This document shows positions 46,296 to 55,777 of a stretch of DNA of 64,000 bases, piece by piece. Both the position numbers and the translations under genes were made by a program. The notes beneath the pieces are model-generated. The model was not told where the DNA came from. It saw only the letters and a program-made list of their open reading frames with translations, and searched no databases. Position 1 is the stretch's first letter. Each line of letters starts with the position of its first letter. The stretch comes from Kiloniellaceae bacterium (GTDB lineage: Bacteria; Pseudomonadota; Alphaproteobacteria; Kiloniellales; J153): contig JAJFGP010000062.1 of NCBI GenBank assembly GCA_021776055.1, positions 30,147 to 94,146 of the forward strand, written 5' to 3'.

Positions 46296-46570
46296 GCACC
46301 TGTCTTCAGCCTTCTCGATGGTGGTGAATCTGTAGAATTCTGCCGATTCAATACGTGCGGTGGACTAATATCCGCAGGCTTGCTGATGTTACCGTTCAAA
46401 TATAGCGAAAATGTATCGACAATTGGTCCGGTGGATGCAAGATAGGGCCGAGTGTTCTGTAAAGTTTAGGTCTGTCGAAATCTTCGGCGGATTCCAGGTT
46501 TCCAACTAGAAGTTGATGATGAACACAGTTGTATTCACAATAACTATTGCTCGCTGAAGTAGAAAGCCGT

Positions 46571-47122
46571 ATGCCTGCCCTACATTCACGTCTAGTTCGC
46601 CATCCGGGGCGCCCGGCGGGAACTCGCTGTCTTGCAGAATCCAGCTCGAATTGTCGAACGCTGCGCCTTGGTTTTGCGCCGGGTATTTCCCTATTTGAGG
46701 GTATCGTCTTGCCACTCCAGCGCGAGAAGATTGGAACGGCGATCATCAATCTTCTCGGCGGCCCCATGCAAATGATCGAATACTGCATGCCGGCGGACGA
46801 TGCGAGCGGTCATACGGTTGCAACTTATGGCGAACCCGGTCGGGAGCGGAACGGATACTTCCTGGGTGGCACGGCCACGCTCGGGCTTGCCGTCGACGGA
46901 TTACCTTTCATCCATTGCCATGGCTCTTTTGTCACGGAGGCCGGCGACGTGCGCGGCGGACACATAGTGACCGAGAGAACCATCGTTGGGGCAACGCCGG
47001 TCACTGCTTTTGCTCGGACGATCGACAGCTTCATAGTCCAACTTTCCGACGATACGGAAACGAACCACCGTGTCTTTCATCCACATTTGACACCCGGAGC
47101 GATCATCGATGGAGTCCGTTGA
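46571..47122 (+). CDS. PPC/DUF296-domain protein
   Basis: LRLGFAPGISLFEGIV...IHCHGSFVTEAGDVRGGHIV resembles the PPC fold. The start is uncertain (TTG 46547, ATG 46571 or ATG 46766). Confidence 0.5.
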   Translation: MPALHSRLVRHPGRPAGTRCLAESSSNCRTLRLGFAPGISLFEGIVLPLQREKIGTAIINLLGGPMQMIEYCMPADDASGHTVATYGEPGRERNGYFLGGTATLGLAVDGLPFIHCHGSFVTEAGDVRGGHIVTERTIVGATPVTAFARTIDSFIVQLSDDTETNHRVFHPHLTPGAIIDGVR

Positions 47123-47528
47123 CGCCGAACTTGGCAGTGCCGAGTTTGGCCATGTCGAGCGAATGGTCTACGCCCGCATTCGACCCAACGAGGATCTTGT
47201 GCAAAGCATCGAGAAGTTGTGCCTTGCGCAAGGCATCGAGCGCGCCTTCGTCCGAGGTAGCCTAGGCAGCCTGACCGCCGCCTGTATTGAAACGCCGGCC
47301 GGTGGGCAAATGACGATGACAGGGCCCGCGGTCGAAGTGGTCAATATCTCCGGTGAGGTCCGGACGGATGCGACCGGAACGCCGAGAGCGGAACTTCACG
47401 GCGTAGTCTCGGACGCCAACGGACATGTTCGGGGCGGCCGGTTCGTATCCGGCAACAACATCGTCTGCATCACCTTCGAGATCGCCCTCGAAGAATGGAA
47501 GCCCGACGCTCCCAAGCAATCGGCTTAA
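47109..47528 (+). CDS. PPC/DUF296-domain protein
   Basis: MVYARIRPNEDLVQSIEKLCLAQGIERAFVRGSLGSL...LHGVVSDANGHVRGGRFVSGNNIV. Overlaps the upstream gene by 14 nt. Confidence 0.7.
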   Translation: MESVDAELGSAEFGHVERMVYARIRPNEDLVQSIEKLCLAQGIERAFVRGSLGSLTAACIETPAGGQMTMTGPAVEVVNISGEVRTDATGTPRAELHGVVSDANGHVRGGRFVSGNNIVCITFEIALEEWKPDAPKQSA

Positions 47529-47707
47529 TCAGCTCAAAGTTGCGTCTCAACCGACGATATTGCCTCGCCGATGGCGAGTGGCGCGGCTCTTTCGGGTATG
47601 GCAATTCTTGACCACATGGTCAAAATTTGCTGTAGTAGGCGAAAGAAGCCGCGCTGATGGGCTGGAACTTGTCCTCGCACGCGGCCGCAGGGAGGAGGTG
47701 CCGTCTT

Positions 47708-49048
47708 ATGAGCCAGAAAAAGGCCAACATCGCCGCCGGCCGTTTGTCCGCGGTCGAGTACGCGGATAACTTCACCGATCTGCATGCGCCGCTGGACGAC
47801 CATCAGGCGTTGATCGAGGCGGACCGATGTTACTTCTGCGATGGGGCGCCGTGTACCACGGCATGCCCGACCGGCATCGACATTCCCATGTTCATCCGCC
47901 AAATCTCCACCGGCAATCCGAAAGGGGCGGCTGCGACGATCTTGCGCGACAATATTATGGGCGGCATGTGTGCCCGCGTTTGCCCGACGGAGACGTTGTG
48001 CGAAGAAGTTTGCGTGCGTAACGATGCCGAGAACAAGCCGGTCAAGATCGGGCAACTACAACGTTTCGCCACCGACAAGCTGTTCACCGCTGGCGCGCAG
48101 ATCTTCTCGAAGGGCGTTGATACGGGCAAGCGGGTCGCGGTCGTCGGCGGCGGCCCCGCCGGTTTGTCCTGCGCCCATGCCCTGGCGCGGCAGGGGCATG
48201 CGGTCACCGTCATTGAGGCACACGACAAACTGGGCGGGCTGAACGAATACGGCATTGCGTCCTATAAGACCGTCGACAATTTTGCTCAACACGAAACGGA
48301 CTATATCCTTGGCGTCGGCGGCATCACGGTGGAACTCGGTAAGCGCCTGGGCGATGACGTGACTTTGGGGCAACTGAGATCCGATTATGACGCGGTTTTT
48401 CTTGGCCTTGGTCTCGGCGCGGTCAACGCCTTGTCCTTGGAGGGCGAGGATTTATCCGGCGTCCTGGACGCGGTCGCCTATATCGCCGAATTGCGTCAAG
48501 CGAAAGACCTGGCCAAGTTGCCGGTCGGCCGCTGTATCGTGGTCATTGGCGGCGGTATGACCGCTATCGACATCGCCGTGCAGACCAAGCGCCTGGGCGC
48601 GGAAGACGTGACCCTGGTCTACCGCCGCGGCCGGGAGCACATGAAGGCAAGCGCCTATGAGCAGGAGTTGGCGCAGACCAGCGGCGTGAGGATAAAATAT
48701 TCGGCCAAGCCCGTGCGGTTGATAGGCGAGGGTAGGCATGTGCGCGCGGTCGAGTTTGAATACACGCAGCCCAGTGCCAAGGGCGAGCGCTTTGTCCTCG
48801 AGGCCGACATGGTCTTCAAGGCGATCGGGCAGAAATTCGTTGCCGGACCGGTAACCGGCGGCAACGATGTGTTGGAGTTGGAGGACGGGCGCGTTGCCGT
48901 GGACAACTCGCGGCGCACGTCTTTGCCCGATGTATGGGCCGGCGGTGATTGCATCGCTGGTGGTCAAGATCTGACCGTCGCTGGCGTGGAAGACGGCAAG
49001 GTTGCCGCCGCCGCCATCGACCGCTTCCTGCGCGGCGGCGCGGAATAA
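47708..49048 (+). CDS. preT: NAD-dependent dihydropyrimidine dehydrogenase subunit PreT (GltD-like)
   Basis: Fe-S Cys clusters (CYFCDGAPCTTACP, CARVCPTETLCEEVC). VAVVGGGPAGLSCA FAD/NAD motif. Start trimmed to ATG 47708. Confidence 0.85.
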   Translation: MSQKKANIAAGRLSAVEYADNFTDLHAPLDDHQALIEADRCYFCDGAPCTTACPTGIDIPMFIRQISTGNPKGAAATILRDNIMGGMCARVCPTETLCEEVCVRNDAENKPVKIGQLQRFATDKLFTAGAQIFSKGVDTGKRVAVVGGGPAGLSCAHALARQGHAVTVIEAHDKLGGLNEYGIASYKTVDNFAQHETDYILGVGGITVELGKRLGDDVTLGQLRSDYDAVFLGLGLGAVNALSLEGEDLSGVLDAVAYIAELRQAKDLAKLPVGRCIVVIGGGMTAIDIAVQTKRLGAEDVTLVYRRGREHMKASAYEQELAQTSGVRIKYSAKPVRLIGEGRHVRAVEFEYTQPSAKGERFVLEADMVFKAIGQKFVAGPVTGGNDVLELEDGRVAVDNSRRTSLPDVWAGGDCIAGGQDLTVAGVEDGKVAAAAIDRFLRGGAE

Positions 49049-49062
49049 CGGGAGTAACGGCT

Positions 49063-50367
49063 ATGGCGGATATTTGCAGCGAATTCCTCGGTATCAGGTC
49101 GCCCAACCCGTTCTGGCTGGCCTCGGCGCCGCCGACGGACAAGGAATACAACGTGGTTCGTGCCTTCCGTGCCGGTTGGGGCGGTGTGGTCTGGAAGACC
49201 CTGGGCGAGGACCCGCCGATTGTGAACATCAACGGCCCGCGGTACGGCGCCATCTACGGTGGTGACCGGCGGTTGCTCGGCTTCAATAACGTAGAGCTGA
49301 TTTCGGACCGGCCGCTCGATCTGAACTTGCGTGAGATCAAACAAGTGAAGCGCGACTGGCCGGACCGGGCCATCGTTGTCTCGCTGATGGTCCCGTGCGA
49401 GGAAGCGGCATGGAAAAGAATCCTGCCCCTGGTGGAGGATACCGGCGCCGATGGCATCGAACTGAACTTCGGCTGCCCGCACGGCATGTCGGAGCGGGGC
49501 ATGGGTTCCGCGGTGGGCCAAGTGCCGGAATACGTGGAGATGGTGGCGCGTTGGTGTAAGCAGCACACGCGCATGCCGGTGATCGTAAAGCTGACCCCCA
49601 ACATCACCGACGTTCGTTTTCCGGCGCGTGCCGCGAAGCAGGGCGGGGCGGATGCGGTCTCGTTGATCAACACGATCAACTCGATCATGGCCATCGATCT
49701 GGACCGGATGGCGCCGTCCCCGCATACGGATGGCAAGGGCACTCACGGCGGCTTTTGCGGCCCGGCGGTTAAACCGATCGCGCTCAACATGGTTGCCGAG
49801 ATCGCTCGCGATCCGGAAACGCAGGGCCTGCCGATTTCGGCTATCGGTGGCATCACCACCTGGCGCGATGCGGTGGAGTTTATGGCCCTGGGTGCTGGCA
49901 ATGTACAGGTGTGTACGGCGGCCATGGCCTATGGCTTCCGCATCGTCGAGGACATGGTCGAGGGCCTGAAGAATTGGATGGATGAAAAGAGCTATGCCCG
50001 CCTCGACGATTTTGTCGGACTGGCTGTGCCCAACGTCACCAATTGGCAATACTTGAACCTAAACTATGTGGTGAAGGCGCGCATCGATCAAGACGCGTGC
50101 ATCAAATGCGGCCGCTGTTATGTGGCCTGCGAGGACACCTCGCATCAGGCGATCAGCAACGCCAAGGACGGTCACCGGCATTTCGAGGTAATCGATGCCG
50201 AATGCGTCGGTTGCAACCTGTGCGCCAGCGTCTGCCCGGTGGAAAATTGTATCACCATGGAGCCCATGACCGGCGGCACCGATCCGCGCACAGGTCAGCC
50301 GGTGGTCAAGGGGTATGCCAACTGGACGACGCACCCGAATAATCCGAACCGGGTCGCCGCGGAATAG
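49063..50367 (+). CDS. preA: NAD-dependent dihydropyrimidine dehydrogenase subunit PreA (DHOD-like + 2x4Fe-4S)
   Basis: GIELNFGCPHGM, then C-terminal CIKCGRCYVACED and CVGCNLCASVCP. Start trimmed to ATG 49063. Confidence 0.9.
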   Translation: MADICSEFLGIRSPNPFWLASAPPTDKEYNVVRAFRAGWGGVVWKTLGEDPPIVNINGPRYGAIYGGDRRLLGFNNVELISDRPLDLNLREIKQVKRDWPDRAIVVSLMVPCEEAAWKRILPLVEDTGADGIELNFGCPHGMSERGMGSAVGQVPEYVEMVARWCKQHTRMPVIVKLTPNITDVRFPARAAKQGGADAVSLINTINSIMAIDLDRMAPSPHTDGKGTHGGFCGPAVKPIALNMVAEIARDPETQGLPISAIGGITTWRDAVEFMALGAGNVQVCTAAMAYGFRIVEDMVEGLKNWMDEKSYARLDDFVGLAVPNVTNWQYLNLNYVVKARIDQDACIKCGRCYVACEDTSHQAISNAKDGHRHFEVIDAECVGCNLCASVCPVENCITMEPMTGGTDPRTGQPVVKGYANWTTHPNNPNRVAAE

Positions 50368-50382
50368 GAACGAACCGGCAGC

Positions 50383-51279
50383 ATGTTGTCTGAAACCGCT
50401 GCCGCCCAGCGGGTGCATCGCGCGCATGGGGCCATGCTGCTCTATTCGTTCATGATCAGCACGTCGTTTCCGGTTAGCAAGGCGATCACCCCCTACCTGG
50501 ACCCGGTGGTTCTGACCTTGGTCCGCTTTGTTCTTGCCGCCTTGCTGTTCGGCGTCCTGACGTTTTCTCGGGAGCGCTGGATCTGGCCTGGGCCGGCGCA
50601 GCTTCTGCGCTACTTCGCGATCAGCGCCTGCATGGCCATCTTTTTCCTGACCATGTTCGAGGCTCTGCGTTGGACCGACGCGGTCAGCACCGGCGCCCTC
50701 TTTGCCCTGGTGCCGCTGGTCAGCATCTCGGTGGCGTATCTCCTTATGCGCCAACGTACCGGCCCACGGCAGCTGTTCTATCTCGTTCTCGGCGGGGCAG
50801 GGGCCATATGGGTGCTCTTTGGCGGTTCGCTGGAGCACCTGCTGGCTTTCCGTTTGGGTAAAGGCGAGATGATATTCGCCATCGGCTGTTTCACCTACGG
50901 CTGCTATGGGCCGTTGATCGCCCGCTTTCACCGAGGCGAACCGATTACCGTGATGACATTTTGGATTTTGGTGCTCGGCGCTCTCATGTTGGCGGTTGTG
51001 GGCATGCCGAAAGTTCTGCGCACCGATTGGTCCGCGGTGCCGGCGGGCCTGTGGATGGGGATCGTCTATCTAGCCGTCTTCAACACAGCCATCACTTTCT
51101 TCTTGTTCAAGTCGGCTAGCGTGATCCTGCCGGCATCGAAGGTAATGGGGTACACATATCTCACCACCGCTTTCGTGGTGCTGTTGGAAGCCATGCTCGG
51201 GCATGGCGTGCCGTCGCTTTCGGTGATCGCCGGTTTGGTGCTTTCTCTTAGCGCAACGCTTCTGTTGCAACGGACGTAG
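50383..51279 (+). CDS. DMT-superfamily (EamA-like) transporter
   Basis: ~10 hydrophobic segments in two EamA-like halves. Confidence 0.8.
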   Translation: MLSETAAAQRVHRAHGAMLLYSFMISTSFPVSKAITPYLDPVVLTLVRFVLAALLFGVLTFSRERWIWPGPAQLLRYFAISACMAIFFLTMFEALRWTDAVSTGALFALVPLVSISVAYLLMRQRTGPRQLFYLVLGGAGAIWVLFGGSLEHLLAFRLGKGEMIFAIGCFTYGCYGPLIARFHRGEPITVMTFWILVLGALMLAVVGMPKVLRTDWSAVPAGLWMGIVYLAVFNTAITFFLFKSASVILPASKVMGYTYLTTAFVVLLEAMLGHGVPSLSVIAGLVLSLSATLLLQRT

Positions 51280-51290
51280 GGGCGATTGAA

Positions 51291-51803
51291 GTGACCGTCA
51301 AAAAGATAAAACTAGCGACGGGCAGCGTGCTCCATACCTTTTTCGAGGATGGAGATTTCTTGGATTGCTATTCGGTGCAGATCGACCGTGCCGATGCACT
51401 GATCGGGGAGATCGCACAACGCATTTTCATCGGCTTGCCACGATGGATCAACGTCCTCCTCGCCGTTCGGGATCTCGGGGTCATGCCGTTTGGACTGAAA
51501 ACGACCGCGAGGTTGCCCACGAGTCTGGATTTCAGACCGTCGATAGACGTGGGGGATTACATAAATTTTCTTTGTGTGCGCAGCATCAGCCAGAACGAAA
51601 TCATCCTTGGCGAAGATGACTTGCATTTGGACTTTAAGATTTCAGTCTATCGGGATAGCGAGACATCCGAACATATTTCCCTCGCAACGTGGGTGCGGAC
51701 GCACAATCGGTTTGGCAAGATTTACCTCGGCACGATCGCACCGTTTCACGCGCTGATCGTCAACGCCAGGTTGAACGATCTCGCCAGGCAGTACACACAG
51801 TAG
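51291..51803 (+). CDS. hypothetical protein (DUF2867-like by recollection)
   Basis: 170 aa ORF with a GTG start and no motif I can verify. Confidence 0.45.
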   Translation: MTVKKIKLATGSVLHTFFEDGDFLDCYSVQIDRADALIGEIAQRIFIGLPRWINVLLAVRDLGVMPFGLKTTARLPTSLDFRPSIDVGDYINFLCVRSISQNEIILGEDDLHLDFKISVYRDSETSEHISLATWVRTHNRFGKIYLGTIAPFHALIVNARLNDLARQYTQ

Positions 51804-51815
51804 CGAACGTCTGTT

Positions 51816-51893
51816 TTAATTGGGGACAGTATATATTTAATTGGGGACAATATATAGTTTATGCGCTCGAAACTATATACTGTCCCCAATTAA
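51816..51893. repeat. 20-nt element in two tandem copies plus one inverted copy
   Basis: TTAATTGGGGACAGTATATA (51816-51835) and TTAATTGGGGACAATATATA (51837-51856, 1 mismatch). The inverted copy TATATACTGTCCCCAATTAA (51874-51893) is a perfect complement of copy 1. It lies between convergent genes and covers the rutR-like stop codon. Confidence 0.85.
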
Positions 51894-52570
51894 ATTCTCT
51901 CGGTCGGTAGGATGCCGCGTAGTAAGATGTGATCTATCGCCGTCTCGGTCTCGCGGAAGAATTTGCGGTCACTCAGGCGACCACCTACCACCGCTTCAAC
52001 TTGCGAGGCGAAGTCGGCGTAGTGCTGGGTCACCGCCCAGATGACGAAGATCAGGTGATAGGGGTCGATATCGGCGATCTTGCCGGCCTTCGCCCAGCCG
52101 CGAATGACGGCGGCCTTCTCGTCGACGATGTTGCGCAAGCCGCCGTGCAAGATGGTCTTCAACAACGGCGCCCCCTGAATGATCTCGTTGGCGAACATCC
52201 GTGAGGCGGTGGGTCGCACCTTGGAAAATTCCAACTTGCGGTTGATGTACGCTCGAATCTCTTCCGCCGGATCGCCGTCGGCGCGGATGGCGCTCAGCGG
52301 CTCCAGCCACATATCCAGGGTGCGCTCGAGGACGGCCACATAAAGATCGCGCTTGCGCCGAAAGTAGTAGAGCAGGTTCGGCTTCGACATGCCGGCGCGG
52401 GCGGCAATCTGGTCGATGGTAGCACCCTTGAAACCGTAGTCGGCAAAAACCTCGAGGGCGGCATCGAGAATCTTGTCCTCGTTGCGCGCCCGGATGCGTG
52501 TGCGATTGCCGTTGGTCGGCGGACCGAGTTCGCTCTTTGGGCGCCGTTTCTTAAGCTTCGTCACCGTCAC
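51890..52570 (-). CDS. rutR: TetR-family regulator, RutR-like
   Basis: Close by eye to E. coli RutR: GATIDQIAARAGMSKPNLLYYF, DPYHLIFVIWAVTQHYADFASQVEAV. Confidence 0.85.
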   Translation of the reverse strand: MTVTKLKKRRPKSELGPPTNGNRTRIRARNEDKILDAALEVFADYGFKGATIDQIAARAGMSKPNLLYYFRRKRDLYVAVLERTLDMWLEPLSAIRADGDPAEEIRAYINRKLEFSKVRPTASRMFANEIIQGAPLLKTILHGGLRNIVDEKAAVIRGWAKAGKIADIDPYHLIFVIWAVTQHYADFASQVEAVVGGRLSDRKFFRETETAIDHILLRGILPTERI

Positions 52571-53211
52571 TTGATCGCTCCGATACCGCGCAGGATGATC
52601 TGGGTGACCGTATCCTTTGCCTTGGCGAATTGCGCCTCGCTCAAATCGTGATCGTTATTCAGGGTGGATATCTGGTGACCGAAGTCGGCGTAATGCTGGG
52701 TCGTCGCCCAGATCATGTACATCAGATAGCGCGGATCGATGGGGGCGAGGCGTCCCTCGGCAATCCATCTCTCGATCACCGCGACGCGCGAGGTCGTCCA
52801 TTCCCGTAACGTCGTTTCCAGATAGTCCTGGATCATCGGCGCCCGCTGGATGATTTCATTCGCCCACACCTTGGAGCCTTTCGGATGAGTGCGGGAGATG
52901 TCCATCTTGATGTGGATGTATTGAGTCAACGCCTCGATGGGATCGTCGCAGTCGTCGAACGAGGCGGCGGCGGCAAGCCAGATATTGAAGATGTTTTCGA
53001 TGACCTGCCGATAGAGCGCTTCCTTTGTCGGGAAATAGTAATGCAGGTTCGCCTTGGGGATGCCGGCCACCTCCGCAATTTTGCTGGTGGTGGCCCCGGC
53101 GAATCCGTAGTCGGCGAACACTTCCTCGGCCGCCGCGAGGATGGCTTTTTCGTTCCCCTCGCGGATGGCGGCCTTCGAGCCGTTGCGTCGCGCTTGGCGG
53201 GCCCAAGCCAT
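52567..53211 (-). CDS. TetR-family regulator, second RutR-like paralogue
   Basis: GATTSKIAEVAGIPKANLHYYFPTKEALY, DPRYLMYMIWATTQHYADFGHQI. Overlaps the downstream paralogue by 4 nt. Confidence 0.85.
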   Translation of the reverse strand: MAWARQARRNGSKAAIREGNEKAILAAAEEVFADYGFAGATTSKIAEVAGIPKANLHYYFPTKEALYRQVIENIFNIWLAAAASFDDCDDPIEALTQYIHIKMDISRTHPKGSKVWANEIIQRAPMIQDYLETTLREWTTSRVAVIERWIAEGRLAPIDPRYLMYMIWATTQHYADFGHQISTLNNDHDLSEAQFAKAKDTVTQIILRGIGAIK

Positions 53212-53230
53212 TCATATCCCCAAAAAAATC

Positions 53231-53282
53231 TTGACCGGTTGGTCAGGTCCGTTATAGAAATATATCCTGACCAATTGGTCAG
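53231..53282. promoter_or_regulatory. two RutR-box-like palindromes
   Basis: TTGACCGGTTGGTCAG (53231-53246) and CTGACCAATTGGTCAG (53267-53282), compared with the E. coli RutR consensus TTGACCAnnTGGTCAA. They lie between the rutR-like gene and the transaminase gene. Confidence 0.7.
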
Positions 53283-53542
53283 GATCAAGTGTCATCGGTC
53301 TGCAACATGACCGCGCCGGCCGATGAGGCCAAAGCCGTCTCGCGATAAGCGGGCATTCGACAATGCGGCAAGGCGCGCGACAGACGAGAGGCGCTATGGG
53401 AGGATGCAGCCGCGTGTGGCGAGTCGGCCGGCGCGGCGAGCTTTGAACTAGACTCATTCATCGCGGACGACATCCGTCCGGGCGGAGCCTCTCGGTCGCT
53501 CCCAACTCGTACGGTGTCGTATCCGCTAGACAGGAGCGTATC

Positions 53543-54874
53543 GTGGTGAGATCGGCGGCAGCAAGCGTACCCAACAATCTCGAATCCTTTTGGATGCCGT
53601 TCACGGCGAACCGGCAATTCAAGAAGAACCCGCGCATGTTCGTTGGTGCGGAGGGGATGTACTACACCACCGCCGACGGCCGGAAAGTCCTGGATGGCAC
53701 GGCGGGCCTGTGGTGCGTCAACGCCGGCCACAAAAGCCCGCGCATTGTCGAGGCCATTCAGCGCCAGGTCGAGGAGCTGGACTATGCCCCGGCCTTCCAG
53801 ATGGGCCACCCCAAAGCCTTCGAGCTGGCCGCGCGCCTGGTCAATCTGGCGCCGGAGGGTTTGAACCATGTCATGTTCACCAATTCAGGCTCAGAATCGG
53901 TCGAAACCGCGCTGAAGGTGGCCATCGCCTATCACCGGGCGCGCGGTGAGGGCAGCCGTTTCCGCCTGATCGGCCGCGAGCGCGGGTATCACGGTGTCAA
54001 TTTCGGCGGCATCTCGGTCGGCGGCATCGTCCCCAACCGCAAGATGTTCGGCACCTTGCTGACCGGCGTCGATCATATTCGGCATACCCACGATCTGGCG
54101 CGCAATGCCTTTACCCGCGGCCAGCCGGAACACGGGGTCGAGTTCGCGGACGATCTGGAGCGGTTGGTCCAGCTTCATGACGCGTCGACCATCGCCGCGG
54201 TCATTGTCGAACCAATGGCCGGGTCCACCGGCGTTCTAATGCCGCCAAAGGGCTATCTGGAACGCTTGCGGCAGATCACCGAGAAGCACGGCATCCTGTT
54301 GATCTTCGACGAAGTGATCACCGGCTTCGGCCGTCTGGGGGCCAGCTTCGGTGCCGAATACTACGGCGTTACGCCCGACATCATCAACACCGCCAAGGGC
54401 CTGACCAACGGCATCATTCCCATGGGGGCGGTGCTGGTGAAAAGCGAGATCCACGACGCCTTCATGACCGGGCCCGAGCATCTGATCGAGTTCTTCCATG
54501 GCTATACCTATTCGGGGAATCCGATCGCCTGCGCGGCCGGCCTGGCAACTTTCGATACCTATCGGGATGAGGGCTTGTTCGAGCGCGCGGCGGAGTTGTC
54601 GACCTATTGGGAGGATGCCCTGCACAGCCTTAAGGGCTTGCCGCACGTCATCGACATCCGCAACACCGGCTTGGTCGGGGCGATCGAATTGGAATCCATC
54701 CCCGGCGAGCCGACGAAGCGGGCCTTCGCCGCATTCATCGATGCCTATGAGAAGGGGTGTCTGATTCGCACCACGGGTGACATCATCGCTTTGTCGCCGC
54801 CGCTGATCATCAAGAAATCCGAAATCGATCAGCTTTTCGAAACCTTAAAAACGGTTTTGAAGAATTTGAATTAG
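53543..54874 (+). CDS. class-III aminotransferase (omega-amino acid/beta-alanine:pyruvate transaminase-like)
   Basis: FTNSGSESVETALK, IVEPMAGSTGV, LLIFDEVITGFGRLG, DIINTAKGLTNG (PLP Lys). Confidence 0.9.
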   Translation: MVRSAAASVPNNLESFWMPFTANRQFKKNPRMFVGAEGMYYTTADGRKVLDGTAGLWCVNAGHKSPRIVEAIQRQVEELDYAPAFQMGHPKAFELAARLVNLAPEGLNHVMFTNSGSESVETALKVAIAYHRARGEGSRFRLIGRERGYHGVNFGGISVGGIVPNRKMFGTLLTGVDHIRHTHDLARNAFTRGQPEHGVEFADDLERLVQLHDASTIAAVIVEPMAGSTGVLMPPKGYLERLRQITEKHGILLIFDEVITGFGRLGASFGAEYYGVTPDIINTAKGLTNGIIPMGAVLVKSEIHDAFMTGPEHLIEFFHGYTYSGNPIACAAGLATFDTYRDEGLFERAAELSTYWEDALHSLKGLPHVIDIRNTGLVGAIELESIPGEPTKRAFAAFIDAYEKGCLIRTTGDIIALSPPLIIKKSEIDQLFETLKTVLKNLN

Positions 54875-54884
54875 GAGACGCGGC

Positions 54885-55751
54885 ATGGCGAAGTTGAAAG
54901 GCGGCCTGATCCAGATGGGGCTAAAGGCCGATACCGGAAGCAGTCCGCAACTCATCAAGGAGGCCATGATCGAGGCCCATCTGCCCTTGATCGAGAAGGC
55001 GGGCCAGCAGGGCGTCCAGGTGCTTTGCTTCCAAGAAGTTTTCACCCAGCCGTACTTCTGTCCCAGCCAGGATTCTAAATGGTACGCCGCGGCCGAGCCG
55101 ATCCCCGACGGGCCGACCACGCGCCTGATGCAGGAATTGGCCAAGAAGCATCGCATGGTCATCGTGGTGCCGATCTATGAGGAGGAGATGACCGGCGTTT
55201 ACTACAACACCGCCGCCGTCATCGATGCCGATGGCACCTATCTGGGCAAATACCGCAAGACTCACATCCCGCACGTGGCCGGCTTCTGGGAGAAATTCTT
55301 TTTCAAGCCCGGCGCCTCCGATTGGCCGGTCTTCCAGACCGCCTATTGTAAGCTGGGCGTCTACATCTGCTACGACCGGCATTTCCCGGAAGGCTGGCGG
55401 GCCTTGGCGCTAAAGGGCGCGGAATACATCGTCAACCCGTCGGCCACGGTGGCCGGGGTCTCGGAATATTTGTGGAAGTTGGAGCAGCCGGCCTCGGCCG
55501 TGGCCAACGGTGTCTTCATCGGTGCTACCAACCGCATCGGCACGGAAGCCCCCTGGAATGTGGGCGAGTTCTATGGCCAGAGCTATTTCGTCAATCCGCG
55601 CGGCGAGATCGAGGCCATCGCCAGCCGCGATAAGGACGAACTGCTGGTGCACGAAATGGATTTCGACATGATCCGTGAGATCCGCGACAAATGGCAGTTC
55701 TTCCGGGACCGGCGTCCGGATACCTATGAGTCGCTCACGGCGCTAAACTAG
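54885..55751 (+). CDS. carbon-nitrogen hydrolase (nitrilase superfamily) beta-ureidopropionase / N-carbamoyl-amino-acid amidohydrolase
   Basis: VLCFQEVF (Glu), YRKTHIP (Lys), KLGVYICYDRHFPE (Cys) catalytic triad context. Confidence 0.85.
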   Translation: MAKLKGGLIQMGLKADTGSSPQLIKEAMIEAHLPLIEKAGQQGVQVLCFQEVFTQPYFCPSQDSKWYAAAEPIPDGPTTRLMQELAKKHRMVIVVPIYEEEMTGVYYNTAAVIDADGTYLGKYRKTHIPHVAGFWEKFFFKPGASDWPVFQTAYCKLGVYICYDRHFPEGWRALALKGAEYIVNPSATVAGVSEYLWKLEQPASAVANGVFIGATNRIGTEAPWNVGEFYGQSYFVNPRGEIEAIASRDKDELLVHEMDFDMIREIRDKWQFFRDRRPDTYESLTALN

Positions 55752-55777
55752 AAACGAAGAAAATCAAGGAGGAGCGC

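Noticed and set aside
46396-46788. 130-aa minus-strand ORF in the region between the SCO gene and the PPC genes.
   Set aside because: It overlaps the 5' part of the plus-strand PPC-domain ORF, has no motifs and has atypical composition.
51816-51893. Possible CRISPR-like or tandem-repeat array.
   Set aside because: There are only two direct copies with no spacers of unique sequence, plus an inverted copy, and no cas genes. I treat it as a hairpin or repeat element instead.
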